A DNA stretch of 64,000 nt from Eledone cirrhosa (Eukaryota): contig OZ024747.1 in assembly GCA_964016885.1 (NCBI GenBank), forward strand, positions 22,878,001 to 22,942,000, written 5' to 3'. The notes under the pieces are model-generated. The model saw only the letters and a program-made list of their open reading frames with translations, did no database searches and was not told the origin of the DNA. Made by a program: the position numbers and the translations under genes. Below are positions 54,511 to 64,000 of the stretch, one piece after another. Every line of letters begins with the position of its first letter. Position 1 is the stretch's first letter.

Positions 54511-55905
54511 ATATCACACTAGAGGTCACACTAGACTTAGATATCACAGTAGAGGTAACACTGGACTTAGATATCACACTAGAGGTCACACTAGACTTAG
54601 ATATCACAGTAGAGGTCACACTAGACTTAGATATCACAGTAGAGGTCACACTAGACTTAGATATCACACTAGAGGTCACACTAGACTTAGATATCACAGT
54701 AGAGGTCACACTAGACTTAGATATCACAGTAGAGGTCACACTAGACTTAGATATCACAGTAGAGGTCACACTAGACTTAGATATCACACTAGAGGTCACA
54801 CTAGACTTAGATATCACAGTAGAGGTCACACTAGACTTAGATATCACAGTAGAGGTCACACTGGACTTAGATATCACACTAGAGGTCACACTAGACTTAG
54901 ATATCACAGTAGAGGTCACACTAGACTTAGATATCACAGTAGAGGTCACACTGGACTTAGATATCACACTAGAGGTCACACTAGACTTAGATATCACACT
55001 AGAGGTCACACTAGACTTAGATATCACAGTAGAGGTCACACTAGACTTAGATATCACAGTAGAGGTCACACTGGACTTAGATATCACACTGGAGGTCACA
55101 CTAGACTTAGATATCACACTAGAGGTCACACTAGACTTAGATATCACAGTAGAGGTCACACTAGACTTAGATATCACAGTAGAGGTCACACTAGACTTAG
55201 ATATCACAGTAGAGGTCACACTAGACTTAGATATCACAGTAGAGGTCACACTAGACTTAGATATCACACTAGAGGTCACACTAGACTTAGATATCACAGT
55301 AGAGGTCACACTAGACTTAGATATCACAGTAGAGGTCACACTAGACTTAGATATCACAGTAGAGGTCACACTAGACTTAGATATCACACTAGAGGTCACA
55401 CTGGACTTAGATATCACAGTAGAGGTCACACTAGACTTAGATATCACAGTAGAGGTCACACTAGACTTAGATATCACAGTAGAGGTCACACTAGACTTAG
55501 ATATCACAGTAGAGGTCACACTAGACTTAGATATCACAGTAGAGGTCACACTAGACTTAGATATCACAGTAGAGGTCACACTAGACTTAGATATCACAGT
55601 AGAGGTCACACTAGACTTAGATATCACAGTAGAGGTCACACTAGACTTAGATATCACAGTAGAGGTCACACTAGACTTAGATATCACAGTAGAGGTCACA
55701 CTAGACTTAGATATCACAGTAGAGGTCACACTAGACTTAGATATCACAGTAGAGGTCACACTAGACTTAGATATCACAGTAGAGGTCACACTAGACTTAG
55801 ATATCACAGTAGAGGTCACACTAGACTTAGATATCACAGTAGAGGTCACACTAGACTTAGATATCACAGTAGAGGTCACACTAGACTTAGATATCACAGT
55901 AGAGG
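54505..55905. repeat. 30-bp minisatellite, about 46 copies
   Basis: Unit ACTTAGATATCACA(G/C)TAGAGGTCACACTAG. Confidence 0.96.
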
Positions 55906-57608
55906 CAACGAACTTGCAGAGTCGTTAGAAATTCGGATGGAATGTTTTGCGATATACGTAACGGCATCCTGCGCTCTTTGAGTTCAAATCCCGCTAAAGT
56001 CAACTTTGCTTTTCAATCTTTCGGAGGTGATAAAAATATGTAGCGGTTCAGTATTGATGTCGATGTTTCCTCTATATCTTCTTCTCACTTCCTCTCTATC
56101 ACTCTCTTTCCTTCTCTGTAAGAAATAAGAAACCGTCTGTATTCAGGCCTGGAGATAGATGGCGTCCGCCATATTTACTAAACCCAAGAAACGCCGTATG
56201 TCTGTCTCTACGGCGTTTCTTCGACTCCATTAGGAGTCATGGGACCATACTTATCATACTAGAAATTCAAATACATTTCGTGTCAGAGTATAAAAGATCC
56301 CGCCAGATGTATTTACTATATCTTCATACCTAAACTCTGCACTAAACACTACACTCCATCTTTCATCTCTGAGAATGCATCCCCCAGGGACCCCACCCGT
56401 GTCTATGTACTTGATCCTCCGCTCAAATCCAGTTTAGTCCTAAGCAAACATAACTATGATCAAAACTATTCTAACCATATACATCCCGCCTTTTTGTATA
56501 TCTCTAGGACTACATTGCGAGACTTAGTGGTTAGAGATCTTAGGGCTGGTAGTTCGTTTCTCTTACCTAGCGGCGTGTTGTGTCCACTCAGCTGGTAACA
56601 CTGTTGTACGTGTAATTCGAAGGCCCACCCTTGTCCCCCACACCGTGTCACTTTGAATCTCCCAGAGAACTACGATAAGGGTACACGTGTCTGTGGAATG
56701 CTCAGTCACTTGCACATTAATTTCACAAGCAGGCTGTTCAAGTAAAATCAAGTTGAATCAAGTAGAGCACTCGTCGTTGGAAACGATGGAGATCCAGTAA
56801 CAAAAGCCTGTGTGCGAGGGTCGACTGAAAAGATCATAGGCTGAAAAGTTCATATGCTGACCAAGTTACTCTCATGGAACGACCAAACGAAGTTTATTTT
56901 TCAACATAGTCCTTGGAAGGAAACAATGCAGCTGTTAATAAGAAGATTTTAAAATTAATTGTTTCTACTTTTAGCACAAGGCCAACAATTATTCCAGGCG
57001 GGATTTGAACTTAGATCATAAAGGGATGTAACTCTATGCTGGAAAGCATGGCGTCCGACCCTCTACCGATACTTCCAATCCACTGCCCAAGATTTGAAAA
57101 TTAATGCATGCAAGATTTCACAGGACTAACATCATTCCTTCATAGTCAGCCTATGAACGTATCAGTCAACTTTCGTATGTACAAAAGCAATTGTAATTTA
57201 CTTTGAGGTAGTAGTATATCCTATAGTTAGCTGAATACTATCACATCAACCCAATTTGGCCTACCGAGTGGTATTGCTGATATTACTTTATTCTAAACGT
57301 GTAGTGAATAAATACAATTATTACTGTTTCAAGGGACGGATATCAATTTACCTTGATGTATGTACATCAGCATATTAACACGCTATGACCTATATACGAG
57401 ATTACCACAAGTAAAGAAGCATTTGGAGTTATATTAATGCTTAAATGCCACCTTACATTTGGGACAGCTGGTATTTCTATTATAGCTCTCCAAGCCAAAC
57501 ATATGTTGATGATTAATGGCTAATACGATCTGTTTCACTGGATAATCACTGGTAATTAAAGCACTAAAGCTGCAATAGAAATGAAGATATCATTGAAATA
57601 CGTATTGG

Positions 57609-57673
<65 letters not shown>

Positions 57674-57941
57674 ATGCGTGTGTGTATGTATGTATGTATG
57701 CATGTATGTTCATAAATACACACATACACAGATGTATATTGTTCACACATCCTCAATATAATTTGAGAACGAGAGAAGCACTCAGTTGATCTTGAAATAG
57801 CTGGACATTAAACGCACACACATATGCACACAAACATGCATACTCAAACATGTATAAATACATACAACATACATGCATGATGGCTGCTTCCTCGTTATCG
57901 AGTATGGCCATTGCACGATTTACCATTATTAATAATTATTC

Positions 57942-58124
57942 GGTGGATTGGCAGTATCGGTAGAGGGTCGGACGCCATGCGTCCAGCATAGTTACGTCTC
58001 TTTACGTTCTGAGTTCAAATCCCGCCGAGGTTGACTTTGCCTTTCATCCTTACGGGGTCGATAAAATAAAGTACCAGTAATACACTGGGTAATTGCTGGC
58101 CTTGTTCCTAAAGTAGAAACAATT
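57942..58124 (+). mobile_element. Short-family SINE nested in an older retroelement
   Basis: Consensus match. Confidence 0.88.
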
Positions 58125-58607
58125 AATTAATTCTATCGTACAATGCCTGTGCGTGAAGATATTTTTTTAAGTGAGGAAAGACTGAGCCAATCCCACTCTC
58201 TGAGCGACAGTAGCTATAACTCGAAAAGAAGAAAAGATCAACATCATCGGTAACTACTGAGCCGCAGGTTTTATATCGGAGTTATCCCAGTTTCCTGAGT
58301 TGCTTTTTCCTAGAAGAATGCCCTGACAAAGGCTTGGAGTCCTTCACTCCCAATGGTTTAACCACGCGATCGGGTGTCTAGCCCAGCTATTTCTATGCCC
58401 CCGCGAATATACATACACATGCACCCATGTATATACACATATACATATACATACATATGTAAATGTGTATATACATATTTACACACTTTTGGATGGCCGT
58501 TGACTCTTATGAGTTCTTCTGCCCTTTGTATATGCATACATACATACCTGCATACATACATGCATACATACATACATGCATACATACATACATGCATACA
58601 TACATAC

Positions 58608-59720
58608 AAGGAAGGTGGCCGGGGTCTAAAATCAATATTAACAACATATGAGACCCGGATAGTAACACTGAAGCAACACCTTCAACAGAGGAAAAAGGTT
58701 GGCAACCATCTTGCCCAGGTTTATGACCATGAAAAAAGAAATATCATTAGAATAACGACTGATCTGGAGGAGAGATATGGAATAAAGCCTGATATAAATC
58801 TCTCACCCAGATTAATCGGAAGATCCTATTCAATGTTCAAACAAGATAAAAAAATTGACCAATTTACAGAAAAAGTTGTGCATGGATACTTGAGGCGTAA
58901 AACACAGACCATAGAGGGGATAAACCACTCAAAAAGCCTGGCATGGAGTTCCGACAAGTTTATGACATCACACCTTGAGGGATATCTCTATGCAATACAG
59001 GAACAAGAACTCCCTACCAAATATCTGCTGCACAAAAGAGGAGGGCCAGCAGCTGACAATAAATGTAGGCTATGTAAAACAAAGATCGAGGATGTAAGCC
59101 ACATTGTTGCCAGCTGCGAAAGAATGTCATCTCGCTACTACCTCCCCATGAGACACGATGGGATAGCTAGAACCATCTGGAACGCACTTCGGAAAACAAA
59201 ATTAACAACAAACGAGGAAGAATATATTGAGACAGATGGCACTAAGGAATACTGGTGGAACCTGAAAATAAAAACTGCCACCAAATTAAAGCACAACCGG
59301 CCTGATATTGTAGTTTGGGACCACGCATTGAAAACGTGTTCTGTTGTGGGGATCAGCTGCCCACTTGATGTAAACGTTGTCAGAAAAATACAGGAGAAGG
59401 AGGACATCTACGGACCATTAATGAGGAGTTTACAAATCCAGTATCTAAGATACACCTTTAGCTTCATACCCATCATTATTGGTGCTACGGGTTATATACC
59501 AACCCGCTTGGACCAAAGTAAGACTGAACTTGGATTTGCGGACAAAAAGCGCAGCTCCCTAATTCATAGTCTACAAAATGGCTGCGATAGCTGGTACCTT
59601 CAAAATTTGCAAAACATTCTTGCGATTCAAGGGATGACAATTTCTTTTCTTTTACAACCTTGCTACCAGGAAGGTGGCCGGTCAAAAAAATATACTCGAA
59701 ATTAAGAGAAAGAGAAAACA
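58608..59720 (+). mobile_element. 5'-truncated R4/Dong-type non-LTR retrotransposon (CCHC + restriction-like endonuclease)
   Basis: KEGGRGLKS, AIQEQEL.T, CRLC..IEDVSHIVASC, RHDGIA, KHNRPDIVVWD, ISCP, K...Y, PIIIGATG; (TACA)n on both sides. Confidence 0.9.
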
Positions 59721-59761
59721 TACATACATACATACATACATACATACATACATACATACAT

Positions 59762-59852
<91 letters not shown>

Positions 59853-59913
59853 TATACATGGCCTCAGCCGGATGGCTGAAACAGGTAAAAGAGTAAAAGA
59901 GTAATATAAATAT

Positions 59914-60223
59914 AGTAATAATAATAAATTTCAAGACTAAAATCCAAAGAGAGCTCGATAAGGATAAATATATATCAAATATATAAGAACCGTAGAGCAA
60001 ATATTTATTAAAATAACAGATTAAAGTTTAAGCAAAGAATCGCTGCTTTCACCCTTAACGGGATCTTCTGAAACTAACAAAGTCAACCTGTAAACGCATA
60101 AGTGGATATTTCAAATATCCACTTATGCGTTTACAGATTGACTTTGTTAGTTTCAGAAGATCCCGTTAAGGGTGAAAGCAGCGATTCTTTGCTTAAACTT
60201 TAATCTGTTATTTTAATAAATAT
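59914..60223. mobile_element. Family E palindrome (111-bp arms) with hammerhead-like motif
   Basis: Arms 60001-60111 / 60113-60223; AGTTT-CAGAAGA-T-CCC-GTTAA-GGG-T-GAAA-GCA..TGC-TT-AAACT at 60149-60199. Confidence 0.8.
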
Positions 60224-61120
<897 letters not shown>

Positions 61121-61911
61121 CGTGTAGACGCGTTCTTGAGACTAGTAAAATGAGGTATCCTCTTGATAAGTCGGCAGACCTCGCAAGGACTCTATGTCTT
61201 TATGATATATTGTTTTTGTTTATGCCACGGAACTACGTAGTCGAGGAATTTAGGAGCAGTTTAGGTATGATACATTTTATTACTAATTATATCTAAATGT
61301 TTCTTCTCTCTTCATAATGTATTTTTAACTCTGATACTGGTTCAGTCTAGTTCAACTGAATTGGTCTGTCCCAGTCATTCATTGAGCAACATCGGTGAAG
61401 TTGGCACCCTTAACTCACAGTTGGGTGCGGATGCATTCATGTATATATGTGTGTGTCCGCATGTATCTGTGTGTTTCTAAATATATTGTTAATAACTCCC
61501 TCTGGTCGAGCAATCTTTGAAGTGTGGGGACAGCTGGAAAGCTTCCATTACTCATACTTCTCGCCTTCTTCACCACCTCTTCTGCGGCCTCGATATAAAT
61601 ACCCCCTCCGCCTCCGTGGTATTTTCTTCGAGGTTATAGGAGGCTTAGCTCTGTTTCTCGACCGTTATATCGCGTGACTATCTCCCCCTCCGCCTTTTGG
61701 GATTCTTTCTCACGTCGTGTAGACGCGTTCTTGAGACTAGTAAAATGAGGTATCCTCTTGAGAAGTCGGCAGACCTCGCAAGGACTCTATGTCTTTATGA
61801 TATATTGTTTTTGTTTATGCCACGAAACTACGTAGTCGAGGAATTTAGGAGCAGTTTAGGTATGATACATTTTATTACTAATTATATCTAAATGTTTCTT
61901 CTCTCTTCATA

Positions 61912-61917
<6 letters not shown>
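61121..61917 (+). mobile_element. Retrozyme-like non-coding element: two 202-bp direct repeats each with a hammerhead
   Basis: 61121-61322 = 61716-61917 (offset 595, 2 differences seen); CCTC-TTGAGAA-GTCGGCA...TGCCAC-GAAA-CTACGTAG-TC-GAGG at 61754-61841. Confidence 0.78.
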
Positions 61918-61991
<74 letters not shown>

Positions 61992-62258
61992 AGGGGTTGA
62001 AACTGGCAAAGTCCACCTCTACGACCGATGTCCCAGGAGTTCTGTGTCCATCGTTTGTATTTTTATTTTAAAAAATAGTCTTTTAAGATTTCCCCTTAAA
62101 AAATTGTTTTTCGTTTGTTGTCTTGTCCTCTCTTTGTTATTTTTTAAGCTTATATATATATATCTGACTGATCAGCCAGTCTGCTAATATGCAAGTCAGG
62201 CCGATCAGTCACTGTATATTTTAGAAAATATCATTTATTTTCAGTAGCTCTGACAGTT

Positions 62259-62332
62259 GGCAGGTGAACAATAAACTGCACTGATGAAGGGTAATCACAC
62301 AGAAACAGTGTCTGCAGTTCTGTTTACATGCC
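62259..62332 (+). ncRNA. Type I hammerhead with extended stem I
   Basis: GGCA-G-GTGAACA-ATA-AACTGCA-CTGATGA-A-GGGT-AATC-ACAC-A-GAAA-CAGTG-TC-TGCAGTT-C-TGTTTAC-A-TGCC. Confidence 0.72.
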
Positions 62333-62789
62333 TGATTCATATTGATACAGCAGCTGGAGAATCTAATAATTGTTTCTACTTTAGGCACAAGGCCAGCAAT
62401 TACCCAGTGCATTACTGGTACTTTATTTTATCGACCCCGTAAGGATGAAAGGCAAAGTCAACCTTGGCCGGATTTGAACTCAGATCGTAAAGGGACGTAA
62501 CTATGCTGGAAAGCATGGCGTCCGACCCTCTACCGATACTGCCATTCCAATGTTATTTTACATTAAGGGCGGTGGATTGGCAGTATCGGTAGAGGGTCGG
62601 ACGCCATGCTTTCCAGCATAGTTACGTCCCTTTACGATCTGAGTTCAAATCCGGCCAAGGTTGACTTTGCCTTTCATCCTTACGGGGTCGATAAAATAAA
62701 GTACCAGTAATGCACTGGGTAATTGCTGGCCTTGTGCCTAAAGTAGAAACAATTATTAGATTCTCCAGCTGCTGTATCAATATGAATCA
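62333..62789. mobile_element. Inverted duplication of a SINE plus about 35 bp of its 3' flank
   Basis: Arms about 62333-62549 / 62573-62789; both share the rare variant CCGGCCAAGG and the flank AGATTCTCCAGCTGCTGTATCAATATGAATCA. Confidence 0.88.
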
Positions 62790-63166
62790 CAATAAAATTT
62801 CGCCGGAGATAGATTAGCAAAATTTAATAATTTAATTTTCGCCTAATGCAGTCCTTGGGGAAAAAAAATGAGAAAATCCTTTTTGCTCAAAACACTTTAA
62901 ACGACGTAAGTAATGCAAATTTTGAAGAAATCGCCTGGATTGTTGTTCCGTTATGCCTAAAAAAAGCCTTTAAAGCCTAAAATATGCGGTTTTTCGCCTA
63001 ATGCGGTCCATAGGGCATTGAAAATTTGAAATATCTTTGGCTCAAAACACTCACACGACCATAAGTATTACATGTGTGAAGTTTGAAAAAAATCGGTTAG
63101 GTGGTTCTCGAGTTTTAGGGGGACAGACAGACAGACTTTCTCTGTTTTATATATATATATAGGGAT
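62790..63166 (-). mobile_element. Helitron/DINE-like non-autonomous element, 5' part
   Basis: Minus strand starts TATATATAAAACAGAGAAAGTCTGTCTGTCTGTC; internal duplicated TTTTCGCCTAATGC..TCC segment. Confidence 0.5.
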
Positions 63167-63258
63167 ATATATATATCAAATTACAAAATAAGAGGAAATA
63201 ATAGACCAAAATATACCTATTCTTTCTTCAAAGTCCCGACTGTGCAGTTTCGCTGATC

Positions 63259-64000
63259 CAATTATACATTATAGAAATACAACAATTATACATTATAGAA
63301 ATACAACAATTATACATTATAGAAATACAACAATTATACATTATAGAAATACAACAATTATACATTATAGAAATACAACAATTATACATTATAGAAATAC
63401 AACAATTATACATTATAGAAATACAACAATTATACATTATAGAAATACAACAATTATACATTATAGAAATACAACAATTATACATTATAGAAATACAACA
63501 ATTATACATTATAGAAATACAACAATTAGACATTATAGAAATACAACAATTAGACATTATAGAAATACAACAATTATACATTATAGAAATACAACAATTA
63601 TACATTATAGAAATACAACAATTATACATTATAGAAATACAACAATTAGACATTATAGAAATACAACAATTAGACATTATAGAAATACAACAATTATACA
63701 TTATAGAAATACAACAATTATACATTATAGAAATACAACAATTATACATTATAGAAATACAACAATTAGACATTATAGAAATACAACAATTATACATTAT
63801 AGAAATACAACAATTATACATTATAGAAATACAACAATTATACATTATAGAAATACAACAATTATACATTATAGAAATACAACAATTAGACATTATAGAA
63901 ATACAACAATTAGACATTATAGAAATACAACAATTAGACATTATAGAAATACAACAATTAGACATTATAGAAATACAACAATTAGACATTATAGAAATAC
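63259..64000. repeat. 24-bp minisatellite, about 31 copies, runs off the window end
   Basis: Unit CAATTA(T/G)ACATTATAGAAATACAA. Confidence 0.96.

Noticed and set aside
54215-55897. 560-aa SSVTSTVISK repeat ORF
   Set aside because: It is a 30-bp minisatellite derived from a SINE tail and TSD.
63228-63989. Cys-rich ISIMYNCC repeat ORF
   Set aside because: It is a 24-bp minisatellite with no unique coding sequence.

Overview
Eukaryotic, AT-rich, repeat-saturated non-coding DNA. The SINE families and the TA/CA microsatellite load look like a cephalopod (Octopus-like) genome; this is an inference. No complete host gene is visible, only two weak candidate + strand exons, and most ORF-track entries are microsatellite translations. 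Clear coding elements are: (i) a very young, intact Penelope-like element (PLE; RT + GIY-YIG, about 1326 aa, minus strand, 38892-44641) in partial-tandem form with a hammerhead ribozyme (HHR) in each repeat; (ii) a degraded L1/Tx1-type LINE (1-3440, minus); (iii) a 5'-truncated R4/Dong-type RLE LINE in a (TACA)n tract; (iv) RTE fragments. There are also many tRNA-derived SINEs, MITEs (piggyBac, hAT, pogo/Tigger, mariner), Helitron-like elements and four minisatellites. The main hidden structure is that many 'unique' islands in the (TA)n tracts carry type I hammerhead motifs (about a dozen sequence-unrelated families, several with variant cores). Many of these islands are head-to-head palindromes that fold at or next to the ribozyme, with both 3' ends fused to (TA)n at fixed AT-rich sites. 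One island (61121-61917) is a non-coding, retrozyme-like unit with two direct repeats, each carrying an HHR. All folds were paired by eye and need computational and biochemical confirmation.
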